DNA of 64,000 bases, from NCBI GenBank assembly GCA_048013815.1, contig CM106585.1:8122001-8186000 (forward strand), given 5' to 3'. The DNA comes from Setoptus koraiensis. Lineage: Eukaryota; Animalia; Arthropoda. Made by a program: the position numbers and the translations under genes. The notes below the pieces were generated by a model. The model saw only the letters and a program-made list of their open reading frames with translations. It did no database searches and was not told the origin of the DNA. Each line of letters starts with the position of its first letter. Position 1 is the stretch's first letter. Shown here one piece after another: positions 25,010-35,860 of this stretch.

Positions 25010-28000
25010 TTAGCCCATTGACATAAATTGCATGACAGTTGCTGCTAGCGCCATGGGCGGCAGGAACAGGACCAATATAGCGAGAAATGTTGTCTTGAGA
25101 ATGGTAAAAACAGTGACAACCGATGTAGCCACACTAACGTTAAATATCTTTGAGAAAAAACCAAACACCCCCGCTGGTTTCTCAAGACTATGGGTGGGTC
25201 TATGTGTGCTGTATGCTCCTGAGTGACTATTCAAATGGGGCGCAATAATTGCATTTAATGCCTCTTGACTGCTTCCATTTGATGGCGAACCAGTTGTATA
25301 GACAGTAGTGTTGGCAGATAATATTTGGACTGGTTTAGCTGTGGTAGGCGGATAGCGATTGGGTGTCTTTGTTGGCTTAAGATGAGACGGTGTCTTGTTT
25401 GTGTGCAATCTAATTATGCCATTATCACTGACAGTGCTAGAACCGGGCGATTGACCAATATGAGTAGTGTCAGATAGGACAATCTTTTCCGGTGGCGGAT
25501 ATCTGGTTATATTGAAGGTGGCATTGTTGTTTGGGTTACCCTCATAGGACAAATGAATATCATTGGGCAACGAATCGCCGCCGTCGGAATGAATAACTAA
25601 ATGTTCGCTGGCCCCATTGGAAATGTTGTATCTGTTTGGATATTGATGATAGGGTCGCTTTGAGGTGCCAGCATCAAATTTAATATTCAACGCACCAAAT
25701 GGCGGATGCTTAGGCGGATAGGGTGTGGTGTTGTTTTGTAGTCCGTAAGATATGGTGACACTATTATCAGAGGGAAAATTTATTGGCATTATTTGCGGGG
25801 GCGGTGTTGATGTTTGTATGGGCCATTTTGTGAAGCCGGCGACAACATTATAAACGGGAAACTGTGTTGTTGGCGTCAGCTTCATGTTTGGCCTGCCAGG
25901 TTTGTAGGGCACCAAAAGTTTATTGTTGTGCATTATGGTTGTGTTGGGCGGCAGGCGCATACTGGCCGCCTTGTCCACCACTGTCAACGGATGCGATTGC
26001 ACATAATCGTCATATTTGTTTTTTAGTTTGTGCACCAGCCTGACGTGAGTGGGCGCCGAGGTTGTTGTGGGTATCCACAAATGTAGCGATTGTGGCGGCC
26101 TCCTCCTGATGGTGTTGTTGTTGGCAAGCCAGTGTTGGCCGGCGTACATTTGTCCGATGTTGCCCGTCTGTTGTGACTGGTGGTTGTCGTGACTTGCATT
26201 GATCATTGAACTGTTGTTGGCCATGTCAGTGTCATGGGCGTTGCCTGAGGCCTGTTGAATGTCGCCATCCAGAATGGACGGTTCCAAGGTAGTGAGGTGA
26301 TTGTAGTTGTGGTGAGCCGATGATGCACTATGGCCGCTGTCGTTGTTAGTAGTATAGTAGATGGTGTAATCATCGGATAAATTTTGATGATTTGCGAACG
26401 TTGATGTGGTTGTGAACGGTTGTTGTTGTTGTTGCTGCTGCTGCTGATGGTGGTGCTGTTGCTGTTGCTGGTGTGGGGGACGATACTGGTCGTTGGTGTT
26501 GGACTGACCATTGTAGTAGTAGGGCGGAGGCGGCGTCATTGGCTGATAGGACAAATTGGGCTGGTGTGTCGTAGAGGTAGTTGGAGTGAAACTGGTGCTG
26601 GGAATGAACGAGGTGCTGCTAGAGGGAGCCATTGTGGTGGCCCATTTTGGCAAAAAGCTACTGCTCGTCGCCATCGGGTTCGGTGTGGATGAGAAAAATT
26701 GCTGGCTGTTGTTGTTGGCGGCGCCTAACACATCGTTGCCGTCCACCATTATCACCTTGCCAGTGTCGTCGATAGTGATGTTGTTCAACATAATGGGGCC
26801 ACGACTGTTTCCGATACTGGCGCTGGCGCTGTTGTTGACGCTGCTGCTAAATATCATTTGTGGTGACGCTGTCGGTGCAATACTGTGGCTAAACAACGCC
26901 GGCAACGGACCATCGTCCACGTCTATATCCTCCAAATCGGCAACGTTGCCTGGCTGCGTCGGGCCCAAAGGGGACCCGGTCAGGTTGTAATTGACAGGAA
27001 CAGAGTAGTTGTAATAGCCTAAATCGGGCTGCTTGTTGTCCGTGCTTGTGCTTTTGTTTCTGCCCCCATTATTCACATTGGCAACCATTGGGTAATTGGG
27101 CCTCAAAAAATGAGCCAATGCATTGTTATTGTTGGTTGGCTGATTGAAATTATTGTGTTCGTTTGGGTCTAGCGCGTCGTAATATTTGTTTGTGTTGCTC
27201 AGATTATTAATTGATTGTTGTTGTTGTTGTTGTTGTTGTTGTGACTCATTATAACGATTTGTGATTCTCTTCTTCAACTGACTAGTTGTGCTCATATAGT
27301 TCAAGTTCAACGCTTCAGGTGAGCCCAGCGACGAACTGTTTTGTTTGTTTACTTTAACGTTGGTGGCGGCCTTTATGAGATTCACTCCGTTTATTGTCAA
27401 TGTCTCAATGGGAATCTGCTGATTAGTGTCCTCAATAAACAACACGGACGGTCCCTTGACGAAAACGCTCGAGCTATTGTTGGCATTAGTGGCGCTATTG
27501 TTGCCATTGTTGATGCCATTATCCAAAATCAACGACGAGCCACTGCTCGTATCCGTATAGTGCGAAATGGGCCCGACAGTGGGCGCATTCAAGCCTCGTA
27601 TCAAGGCCATTGGCTGCTTTCTCGATCTATCGTATTGGTCGTCCATAGGCTCTGATTGAGTCAACAACAAAGGTCGCTGGCTGCTCATGGGGCCCTGATG
27701 CTGCCCGTTATACTGGCTGTACAACTGGTGCTGTTGGGGCCCCTGCAACACTGTGCCACTTCCGTTGCTGTTGTTGTTGTTGTTGTTGTCCAGAGCAACA
27801 GTGAGATTTTTCACCATTATGGGCGCCTCGTCGTAGATTACGTTTGCGTTGGTGTGATCAACGTTGTTGTTGTTGTCAATAAATGAGCTACTGTTGGCTG
27901 TGTTGTTATAGGAATAGAAATTGTTACCATTGGTGACATTGTAATTGCCAATCGTGCCCATTGGACTATTGTTTAGGCTGTTGTTTAGTAGGGACGGATG

Positions 28001-31000
28001 GGAGAATTCATTGATATCATAGTCGATACTATCATTGTGACCCTTATCACCATCGGCGTCGTCTTGGTCGCCGTTGGCGGTGTCGTCATAATAAGTCAAA
28101 CTGTTGTTATTGTGCGACGTATAGTAGCCAGAATCTAGTGAGGGCATCTCATCATAGACGTCGCCAGGTATCGACAAACTGCTACTGTTGTTGTCAGTTG
28201 TTGCATTAGCGTAACTGGGCACCGTCATTGAGCCACTGTTATTCGGGTTAATTGAGCCGCCCAATTGAGCTAATTGGTGGTGATACAATTGTGTGAAATT
28301 GTATTTCGGTTCATGTTGACTCTGTATGATATAATAGATTGTGTCATTAGAGTCGGACATGCCAGTAACCACTTGCTGGTGGCCATAATTGGTAGTTGTA
28401 TAATTAATATTATCCGCTACATAATTTTGTGGAGAATATGAATTGTTTGCATCTATCAATGTATGCTGCTGGCCTGAGTAATCGCTATTAATAATATTAT
28501 TATTATTGTTGTTATTATGAGAATCAATCATGGGTGTAACAGTGCTAGTGGCATCAAACGGCGGCGACAGGTAAGAAGGGGCGCCGTTTCTATTATTATA
28601 CAAGAAGCGAGTATCTGTGTTTGTATTGTTTGTGTCTGCATTAGTTGTAATTGAAGGATTAATTAGCATAACATTTGGCTTATCGTTGTGAATTGGGTAC
28701 TGTGGCAGTCTCGTTGTTTGTTGCCTCCGCTTCATATTCACATGACCCTTTTGATGCAACCTGTTTGCAGCAATCATATTATCACGTGTCTTGTTCTTAT
28801 AATGTGGCGGCCTACCATGTGCACCGTGGGCCCACAAACCGGAAGCGAGCTGTTGTTGCTTGTTTTTAAGTTTGTGATTGTTATTTGTTTGCTTTCGTCT
28901 ATTTGGGGCCGATGATAGCTGTTGTTGGTGCCAGTGATGATGTAGCAAGTGATTGGTTGCGTCTGCAGTTTTGTTAGTCGTTGAGGCTGCTGGCGCTGTT
29001 GTTGTTGGCGAGGGCCTCCTACGAACCAATTGACTGACAACAGCACCGCCGGCCCAATGTTTGTTGTGTGTCTGACTGTGATTATTGAGATTAGAATTAG
29101 CGTGATTGTCCCTAATGAGATTGTAATTATTGTGATTATTATTGATATAATAATCATCCGCTGGAGCATAATTGACCGCTATTAGTCGATTGTTTTCATG
29201 CCCACCCTGACCAATGCCGCTGCTCGTGCCGACGCCCTGCTCCAGATTGTACATTATGGGCGCCTGACTTGATTGCTGGCCAGCGCCACCGGAAGCGCCA
29301 CCGACCGATTGCACGGTTATGGGCGAAGGTAATGGTATTGTGTTATTGGCTGAGATCAATGAATACCTGTTTTGGCTGCTATCACTATTGTTGTTTCTAT
29401 GTGGTCTGCTGTTGTGTCCAATCAATATCATTGCTGGCTGCTGGGACTTGTTTTTGGTTGGCGCCGCTCGCACTAGCTGCAAATATATTGGTTTATTATT
29501 AACCTGTTGTTGTTGTTGCTGCTGCTGTCCCCCTGATAATACACCAATGGCGCCATCTTTCGTCGGCTTCTCGTCGCCATTATAGATCAAATCAAGTAAA
29601 TGATCTGAGGTGTTGTTGCCAATGTTATCATTGTTGCCAATCATTATTTGGTCGGCATACTGTTGTTGTTGCGCGCCAGTTACCTGTACAGCATTATTAT
29701 TATTGCTGTTGCTGTTGTTGTTGTTGTTGTTGTTGTTGTTGTCATTACTATTACTGTAATGCGGTTTACCGTTATAGTTACCGTCACTATGTAGCAACAG
29801 TGTCTGGTTGGCGCCATTCAACTCATACAAGCTTGCCATTGGCCCCCTATCCTGCTTAGTTACCAGCTGCACCACTGTTGGCGGTGGCGTGGTTGTCGCG
29901 GTCAAGTGATTAGCGGCAGCAAGGCCGTTGGTGAAACTGGACCTTAGAGGACTATGATTGTGTAATGTAGTAATGTCATGCTTTTTTACATTATTATTAC
30001 TATAATCGTCATCATCATTGTTCAATGGCTGGTGCTGATGGTGGCCAAAGGTAACATTACTATTATGATGATTGCCGTTACTGTGAGCAGCGTTGCTTGA
30101 GTTGTTGCCGCTGTTGTTGTTGCTGTTGTTGTTGTCGTCAATATCAATTGGATCCAATACAAATAGCTCACTCGTTTGTGTGTCCACACCTGAGTTTGGC
30201 AACGTCAGCTCCGTGTTGTGGCCATTGTTGATTATTTGCGGCTGCCTGTAGTCATTGCTGTTGGTTGCATTGACAGGTGATCTAGTTAGTGTGGGACCAC
30301 TGTCACTTTGTTTGTGCCTGCCACCGCTGCTGCTGCTGCTGCTGTTGGTGTTGCGATTCACCTGTTGCTGTTGTTGTTGTTGTTGCTGCTGTTGCTGCAG
30401 GGTGAGAACTTGGTGCCCTTGATGGGCACTGTTGTTCACTTGCAGTTTTTGCTGCTGTTGGTGCTGCTGTTTGCGCTGATGAGATGAAAGTAGCTTGTGT
30501 GTCACAGGCTTAACATAATTGTATTTGGTGATGAGCAGGTCAGCAGCCAGACTCTTTTTAGCCACTTGACCACTGACTGGCTTGCCATCGTGGCCCGTCG
30601 ATGCGATTCGCGCCTGCGACAATGGCGCCCTCGTCGTCATCGGCTGCTGTTGTTGTTGCGCTGCGGCGGAACTGTCATTGTTGCTGCTGGCCCGCGACGG
30701 GTTGCCGAGCGGCGCCGGCGAGTAGCCAAGTTGCTGCGGTTGGCGAGACGCCGCCGCCGCCGCCGGTCGCCAATCGTGACCTAGTAGCAGCGAGTCACCT
30801 GTAACTGTCGGCGCTGGCCAACTAGGCGCCGTAGTATGCACCAGCGAGCCCGACTGATTTAAGCCATCAGAATCAATAGTGTCACGCTGATCAGATGACA
30901 ATGTCTCATTGGCATCGACTAAACTGCTGCTATTAGCCACTATTACGTAACTGGGCATCGGCGGCTTGCGACGGTGCTGCTGTTGCTGTTGTTGTTGTTG

Positions 31001-34000
31001 CTGCTGCTGTTGCTGCTGCTGTTGTTGCTGCTGCTGTTGTTGCTGCTGCTGTTGTTGCTGCTGCTGCGAATGGCCAATGGATGCACGATTCTCATGGTGA
31101 CGCATTTCAGTGGGGTATTCAGCGTCTGCGGTTTCATTTGCTATCAATTTGCTACCAGCGGCAGTTGTCAGCAGCATCAGTTTAGCCTGCTGCTGATGCT
31201 GCTGACCGTTCGGCTTAACGCTTGAATGATTCGAAGCCGCCGAGGACATGGCATACGGCGGCGAAGAAGCCGCATTCGGCGAGGACGCCGCCACCGCCGC
31301 CGTTGCCGCCGCCGCTGCCGCCGAAGCAGCATCGGCCGACCAATAGTCTTGGCCATTATTAGCGAGCGATAATTTGTTTATGTTTTGTCTTGGCGTCGAT
31401 ATCGCACTGTCGCGCACTGTTGTGGACAGTTTCGGCCAGCCGTTGGCGTCATAGTCAGCGTTAGCGTCGTCCATGTTGCCGTTGTGGGCATGATGCGACT
31501 GCGGATCAAATGTCGCCGATACCAACCTGTCGATGTTGTTGTTGTTGTTGTTACTATTGTGCAACTTTGAGCGATTGTTGTCCAGTGTGTTTGTTGTTGT
31601 TGTTGTTGCGAGCAATTCATTGCCAGCGATCATTTGACTTCCATTAAAAGATATTAGCGCCGGCGCGGATTTGTTGGCCGGCGACGACTCATCGCTGGCC
31701 AACAGGTGAGCGCCGTTGTGGCGCCGTTGCTGTTGTTGCTGTTGTTGTTGTTTGTTGGCCCGGCCGTCATAAAATTGGTAGTTGGACTTGAGCGCCGGCG
31801 AGTCATACGGACCATGCGAATATTGTTTATTATTGCTCGTTATGACCAGCGCCGGTTGTTGCTGGTCGGCCGGCGGCGGTCGCTTGGCAGCGGCTACCTG
31901 TTGCCGGTGGCTTTGTTTTGTCTTTGTCGCTGGTGGCTCAATCATCATCAAATTGTTGCTGTCGTTGTCATTGTTGTTGCTAACAACTGACACCGGGCTA
32001 TTGTGAGAAGAATCATTGCCATTATCGTTGATTGATCCCGAAACAAAACTGTTATTTTGTGTTGTTTTAGTCGGCGCTTGTTGCCGCTGCGACGGCTCGC
32101 CAGCGGTCCTATTGAGCTGTGCACTCGGTGTCGCCGTAAGCCTATTCCTGTTATTGGCCACGGTGGTTCCTTTGTTTGTGAACCTGTTGCTTGTTTTTGC
32201 GATATTAAGCAACGACGACGAGCCGCTGCTATTATTGCCGGCGCGATCAATTTCGCCGCCGCCGCCGCCGCCAGTCGCCGAAGACGACATGTTATGATGA
32301 TGATGACGCTGATAGTGGCCGCCTCTAGTTGCGTAATAATTGCTGCCCAGCTCCTGAGCGGCCATTGTTAGACCGGCCAGAGAGGTGAGCGCTTGCGACA
32401 TTGATTTGTGCGACTCCATGTCAAACATTTGTTTATTGTAATTAGCAATGGAGTCGGCGTTGGTTGGCGTTGTTACGTTGTTTGCGCCGTTTGGCGCGCC
32501 GGCGCCGGCCATCGGCGAGCTCGCTGGCCGCCATTGTTGCTGCAAATGTTTGTTGTGCAAATGGTTGTTGCTGTAATATTGATTGTTCTTTATAAAGTTG
32601 GCAAATTTAGATATAAACGGCGTGCGAGTTGTCGTGGTGGAAGTGGACGTCGTTGTTGTTGTTGTTATCGGTGTTGTTGTTGTAGCATTGTTTGCATCGA
32701 TTGTGTGCCGCGTAATTGTGCCGTTAGAGGAAGTGAGCCAGTCGTTAGATAACGACGACGGCTGTTCCGCCGGCGCCGACGGGCCATCGACCGTGGACAA
32801 CGTCGAGGATATGTGCTCGAAATATGGCATCGACGACGTCTGTATTTGCAGCCTGTCCGCAAACGGCCTGACCGTGCTCACCCTGGCGCCCAATTCAGGC
32901 CCGTGATCGGCCTGTTGCTGCTGCTTGACCCGTTCAACTAGCTCCGCCGGTGTCCGCGTCAAGTGATTGTTTGTCACCTGAAACAACTCACCTGTCGCTG
33001 GCGGCGCGCTTCCGTTTTGGCTCTGGCTAGCAAACGCAACAACCTGTTGTGGCTGTTGTGGCTCCACTTGACTGTACATAATCAAATTGCCTTTGTGATA
33101 ATTGCTGCCATTCTTCTGTCTCAGAGACAGCGCCCATGGGAATGGGGCGCCCGTTTGGGTCGCTTGTTTGTGCTTCAAGCTGGCCACACTGGTCACACTG
33201 GGCACGATCGCTATGGGCAACGACGAGGCTATCAGATTGGTGAAGGTCTCAGGCGGGTCGCCGTGTTTGTTTGCGTTGCTGCCGGCCTTTGTTTTACCCT
33301 CTGTCGTGTTGTTGTGATTGTGCGACACAACTGGCTCGTTTGCGGTCGTCGCCGGCGGTCGGTTTGGCCTTCGGCGGAGCCCTTCCTCGTACAGTTCCCG
33401 ATTTCCGGCCTCATTATTGTAGATATTGTGGTTGCTGGTGGTGCCGCTGCTGGCGTGCTTGTGGTTGTGGTTGTGATTGTAATAGTTGCCACCGGCGTTG
33501 TTGTTTTGCGGCCACGCTCGATGCTGATCGGCAAACACCAATTTGCTGTAATCATCGTCATTGTTGGCCTGTGGTTGCTGTTGTTTCACCTTGTTCGGCT
33601 TGTTCCTTGTCGTTTTATCATTTATCTCGTTGCCGGTGTCCAGCGGCGGCGACCCATCGCCTGCGCTGACCAGTTGATGCGGCTGATGCGGCGGCTGCTG
33701 CTGTTGCTGTTGATCTAAGTGGAACAAGTCGTCCGGAAGTGACATGTTGTATGTGCTGTTCATTGCGTAAGGACTTGACATCACTAATGAGGCTCCGCGT
33801 ACGGAAAAATTGTTGCTTGCTGCTGTTGGTGTTGTTGTCACAAATTCCGCATTGGCCAGATTGTTCCCATTCATGTACTCTTTGTTGTGACCACTTAAAT
33901 CGAGATCGTACGGGGGCAAACCCTGCAGTGTGTTGGCATAATAATTGTCAATGTTGTTTGACAATGTTGTCTTCTTGTTTTGCCACTCGCGACCCACAGA

Positions 34001-35860
34001 CTGACCTTGCTGCTGACCGCTACTAGTAGCGCCACCTTGTTTCTGCTGGTACTGGTGAGGTTGTGCTGTCGTCGTCGTTGTTGTTGTTGTTGTTGTTGTT
34101 GTTGTTAGCTTGTTGTTATTGGCACCGTGGTTGTTGCTAATGAGATGTCGCAATATGCCGGTTGTGCCATTATTGTTGTTGCTAGTTGTCGTCGCTGGCC
34201 TCAATTTGATGCCAGCGTGATTGTTGCTCAACAGTATGGGTAATTGATCATCATTGGCAAAATTGGTTGTGGGTAGAGATGATTTTATTCTGGGAACGTT
34301 GTTTGCTTGATTACTATTGCGCTGTAACCATGACGACGACGACGAGGGTGTCTTATTGACTCTATTTAATGTTGCTGACTTAATCGGCTGACCAGTGTCG
34401 GTGGCGTTATTGTCACTGGCGCTGTCTGTTTGAAATGTTTGCGCAATTAAATAGTTGTAATTGCTCGCCCCAACTATATTTGGAAACGAGTCTGAGGTCA
34501 ACAGATCGCCAACGCCAGTCGATTGGTTATCTAATAATGAATTGGCACCAACAATCACATTGCTACCGGGCAGCGACGCCTGCGAGAGATCTTTGCTAGA
34601 ACCATCAGCGACAACAGCATTTTTTTCTAACTTTTTATCCGTTGTCGTATTGTTATTATCATTTGATATATCTTGTATGTGAGAGTGAGTATCATGATGA
34701 TATTGATAGTTATTGTCATCATGTGTTCTAGTTGACAGTTTGGCATCATTCAACTTATGATAGGTGTGCTGTTGCAAATTATTGCTACTGGCCCCAACTA
34801 GCGGGGGCTCCCTCACCACCGATTGTTCAATTATTGTTGGTATTTGTTTGTGGCGCATCTGTAACGAAAGTGTCATCTGTTGAGCAGGTTTTATTATTGG
34901 TTTAATAGACCGTGATTGATTAGTTTGGTGGTTGCGTTGTTGCGACAACTGTTGCCTAGAGTTGCCGTCAATTGTTGCCTCCAGTATAGGTGTATGGGTC
35001 GAATGGGACGAATGCATCTTCCTTGCAACTTGTCTATCAATGGTGGCCTTGCGATGAAGTTGTTGCTGTTGACCGTTATTGTTGCTATATTGTTGTTGTT
35101 GTTGTTGCTGTAATTTATTCTCATTGTTATAATTATTAACATTACTTACTTTGAGCTTTTTAGTAAAGGCGTCTATCCGTCTACTATTTGAGCTACTGGA
35201 TAATGGCAACAGGTAGGCAGCTAAAGAGCTCAATCTAGATGTGAAACTATTGTGATGCTCTTGGTTGTTGTCTTGCTGATTGTGGTGATTGTGATTATTT
35301 TGGTTATTGTGATGGTTATTATGGTGGCGGTGGTCATCTTGATGGTGTTGTTGGCGGGTGGTTGGTTCTGTTGTCAAGTCAACATGGTCGTTTGTGTGGC
35401 TGGTGGTTGTGATTGATGGCACTAAAATTTTAGATTGGTTAGCTTGATCGCTAGTTTGTCGATACTGATGCTCGTGATTATTGCTATTACTATTATCATT
35501 ATTATATTTAGTATTGTTGGCTGCATAATTATTATTATGAATGGCCACGGAAATTATGGGCCTCTGTACAATAGACAACAATGTATATACAAGTAAATAG
35601 TAATATAAATGATAAATAATGGTCACATGATTAATAAATAACGGGCCCATACTAATGGAGCTGATTAGCTTTTTTAGTTTTGTTCTGCCCTTGCCCTTGA
35701 GCCAGAGCGTGGTCGTTGTTTGTCTTTTGCTTAACGCAGTGGATGTTGTCATTTTTTTTCTATTAATTGCTATACTATTCGTTATACCAATCGTTCGTTG
35801 GAATGTTTGGTGTTGGTGTTGTTGCTGTTGTTGTTGTGGTCGTTTTCGTTGCCGTTGCAT
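25010..35860 (-). CDS. Giant (3616 aa) single-ORF, N/Q/T/S/H-rich, cysteine-free predicted membrane-anchored extracellular (mucin-like) protein
   Basis: 10,851-nt uninterrupted ORF. It has a hydrophobic segment after Met71 (ATG 35650; LFINHVTIIYHLYYYLLVYTLLSIV), many NxS/T sequons, and a hydrophobic C-terminus (VATSVVTVFTILKTTFLAILVLFLPPMALAATVMQFM). I found no Cys on reading the translation. The true start codon is uncertain. Confidence 0.85.
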   Translation of the reverse strand: MQRQRKRPQQQQQQHQHQTFQRTIGITNSIAINRKKMTTSTALSKRQTTTTLWLKGKGRTKLKKLISSISMGPLFINHVTIIYHLYYYLLVYTLLSIVQRPIISVAIHNNNYAANNTKYNNDNSNSNNHEHQYRQTSDQANQSKILVPSITTTSHTNDHVDLTTEPTTRQQHHQDDHRHHNNHHNNQNNHNHHNQQDNNQEHHNSFTSRLSSLAAYLLPLSSSSNSRRIDAFTKKLKVSNVNNYNNENKLQQQQQQQYSNNNGQQQQLHRKATIDRQVARKMHSSHSTHTPILEATIDGNSRQQLSQQRNHQTNQSRSIKPIIKPAQQMTLSLQMRHKQIPTIIEQSVVREPPLVGASSNNLQQHTYHKLNDAKLSTRTHDDNNYQYHHDTHSHIQDISNDNNNTTTDKKLEKNAVVADGSSKDLSQASLPGSNVIVGANSLLDNQSTGVGDLLTSDSFPNIVGASNYNYLIAQTFQTDSASDNNATDTGQPIKSATLNRVNKTPSSSSSWLQRNSNQANNVPRIKSSLPTTNFANDDQLPILLSNNHAGIKLRPATTTSNNNNGTTGILRHLISNNHGANNNKLTTTTTTTTTTTTTAQPHQYQQKQGGATSSGQQQGQSVGREWQNKKTTLSNNIDNYYANTLQGLPPYDLDLSGHNKEYMNGNNLANAEFVTTTPTAASNNFSVRGASLVMSSPYAMNSTYNMSLPDDLFHLDQQQQQQPPHQPHQLVSAGDGSPPLDTGNEINDKTTRNKPNKVKQQQPQANNDDDYSKLVFADQHRAWPQNNNAGGNYYNHNHNHKHASSGTTSNHNIYNNEAGNRELYEEGLRRRPNRPPATTANEPVVSHNHNNTTEGKTKAGSNANKHGDPPETFTNLIASSLPIAIVPSVTSVASLKHKQATQTGAPFPWALSLRQKNGSNYHKGNLIMYSQVEPQQPQQVVAFASQSQNGSAPPATGELFQVTNNHLTRTPAELVERVKQQQQADHGPELGARVSTVRPFADRLQIQTSSMPYFEHISSTLSTVDGPSAPAEQPSSLSNDWLTSSNGTITRHTIDANNATTTTPITTTTTTSTSTTTTRTPFISKFANFIKNNQYYSNNHLHNKHLQQQWRPASSPMAGAGAPNGANNVTTPTNADSIANYNKQMFDMESHKSMSQALTSLAGLTMAAQELGSNYYATRGGHYQRHHHHNMSSSATGGGGGGEIDRAGNNSSGSSSLLNIAKTSNRFTNKGTTVANNRNRLTATPSAQLNRTAGEPSQRQQAPTKTTQNNSFVSGSINDNGNDSSHNSPVSVVSNNNDNDSNNLMMIEPPATKTKQSHRQQVAAAKRPPPADQQQPALVITSNNKQYSHGPYDSPALKSNYQFYDGRANKQQQQQQQQRRHNGAHLLASDESSPANKSAPALISFNGSQMIAGNELLATTTTTNTLDNNRSKLHNSNNNNNNIDRLVSATFDPQSHHAHNGNMDDANADYDANGWPKLSTTVRDSAISTPRQNINKLSLANNGQDYWSADAASAAAAAATAAVAASSPNAASSPPYAMSSAASNHSSVKPNGQQHQQQAKLMLLTTAAGSKLIANETADAEYPTEMRHHENRASIGHSQQQQQQQQQQQQQQQQQQQQQQQQQQQQQQHRRKPPMPSYVIVANSSSLVDANETLSSDQRDTIDSDGLNQSGSLVHTTAPSWPAPTVTGDSLLLGHDWRPAAAAASRQPQQLGYSPAPLGNPSRASSNNDSSAAAQQQQQPMTTRAPLSQARIASTGHDGKPVSGQVAKKSLAADLLITKYNYVKPVTHKLLSSHQRKQQHQQQQKLQVNNSAHQGHQVLTLQQQQQQQQQQQQVNRNTNSSSSSSGGRHKQSDSGPTLTRSPVNATNSNDYRQPQIINNGHNTELTLPNSGVDTQTSELFVLDPIDIDDNNNSNNNSGNNSSNAAHSNGNHHNSNVTFGHHQHQPLNNDDDDYSNNNVKKHDITTLHNHSPLRSSFTNGLAAANHLTATTTPPPTVVQLVTKQDRGPMASLYELNGANQTLLLHSDGNYNGKPHYSNSNDNNNNNNNNNSNSNNNNAVQVTGAQQQQYADQIMIGNNDNIGNNTSDHLLDLIYNGDEKPTKDGAIGVLSGGQQQQQQQQVNNKPIYLQLVRAAPTKNKSQQPAMILIGHNSRPHRNNNSDSSQNRYSLISANNTIPLPSPITVQSVGGASGGAGQQSSQAPIMYNLEQGVGTSSGIGQGGHENNRLIAVNYAPADDYYINNNHNNYNLIRDNHANSNLNNHSQTHNKHWAGGAVVSQLVRRRPSPTTTAPAASTTNKTADATNHLLHHHWHQQQLSSAPNRRKQTNNNHKLKNKQQQLASGLWAHGAHGRPPHYKNKTRDNMIAANRLHQKGHVNMKRRQQTTRLPQYPIHNDKPNVMLINPSITTNADTNNTNTDTRFLYNNRNGAPSYLSPPFDATSTVTPMIDSHNNNNNNNIINSDYSGQQHTLIDANNSYSPQNYVADNINYTTTNYGHQQVVTGMSDSNDTIYYIIQSQHEPKYNFTQLYHHQLAQLGGSINPNNSGSMTVPSYANATTDNNSSSLSIPGDVYDEMPSLDSGYYTSHNNNSLTYYDDTANGDQDDADGDKGHNDSIDYDINEFSHPSLLNNSLNNSPMGTIGNYNVTNGNNFYSYNNTANSSSFIDNNNNVDHTNANVIYDEAPIMVKNLTVALDNNNNNNSNGSGTVLQGPQQHQLYSQYNGQHQGPMSSQRPLLLTQSEPMDDQYDRSRKQPMALIRGLNAPTVGPISHYTDTSSGSSLILDNGINNGNNSATNANNSSSVFVKGPSVLFIEDTNQQIPIETLTINGVNLIKAATNVKVNKQNSSSLGSPEALNLNYMSTTSQLKKRITNRYNESQQQQQQQQQSINNLSNTNKYYDALDPNEHNNFNQPTNNNNALAHFLRPNYPMVANVNNGGRNKSTSTDNKQPDLGYYNYSVPVNYNLTGSPLGPTQPGNVADLEDIDVDDGPLPALFSHSIAPTASPQMIFSSSVNNSASASIGNSRGPIMLNNITIDDTGKVIMVDGNDVLGAANNNSQQFFSSTPNPMATSSSFLPKWATTMAPSSSTSFIPSTSFTPTTSTTHQPNLSYQPMTPPPPYYYNGQSNTNDQYRPPHQQQQQHHHQQQQQQQQQPFTTTSTFANHQNLSDDYTIYYTTNNDSGHSASSAHHNYNHLTTLEPSILDGDIQQASGNAHDTDMANNSSMINASHDNHQSQQTGNIGQMYAGQHWLANNNTIRRRPPQSLHLWIPTTTSAPTHVRLVHKLKNKYDDYVQSHPLTVVDKAASMRLPPNTTIMHNNKLLVPYKPGRPNMKLTPTTQFPVYNVVAGFTKWPIQTSTPPPQIMPINFPSDNSVTISYGLQNNTTPYPPKHPPFGALNIKFDAGTSKRPYHQYPNRYNISNGASEHLVIHSDGGDSLPNDIHLSYEGNPNNNATFNITRYPPPEKIVLSDTTHIGQSPGSSTVSDNGIIRLHTNKTPSHLKPTKTPNRYPPTTAKPVQILSANTTVYTTGSPSNGSSQEALNAIIAPHLNSHSGAYSTHRPTHSLEKPAGVFGFFSKIFNVSVATSVVTVFTILKTTFLAILVLFLPPMALAATVMQFMSMG
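30977..31066 (-). repeat. Coding polyQ30 tract with a higher-order (CAG)3(CAA)2 periodicity
   Basis: 90 nt of CTG/TTG triplets on the plus strand, including several tandem CTGCTGCTGTTGTTG 15-mers. Confidence 0.9.
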
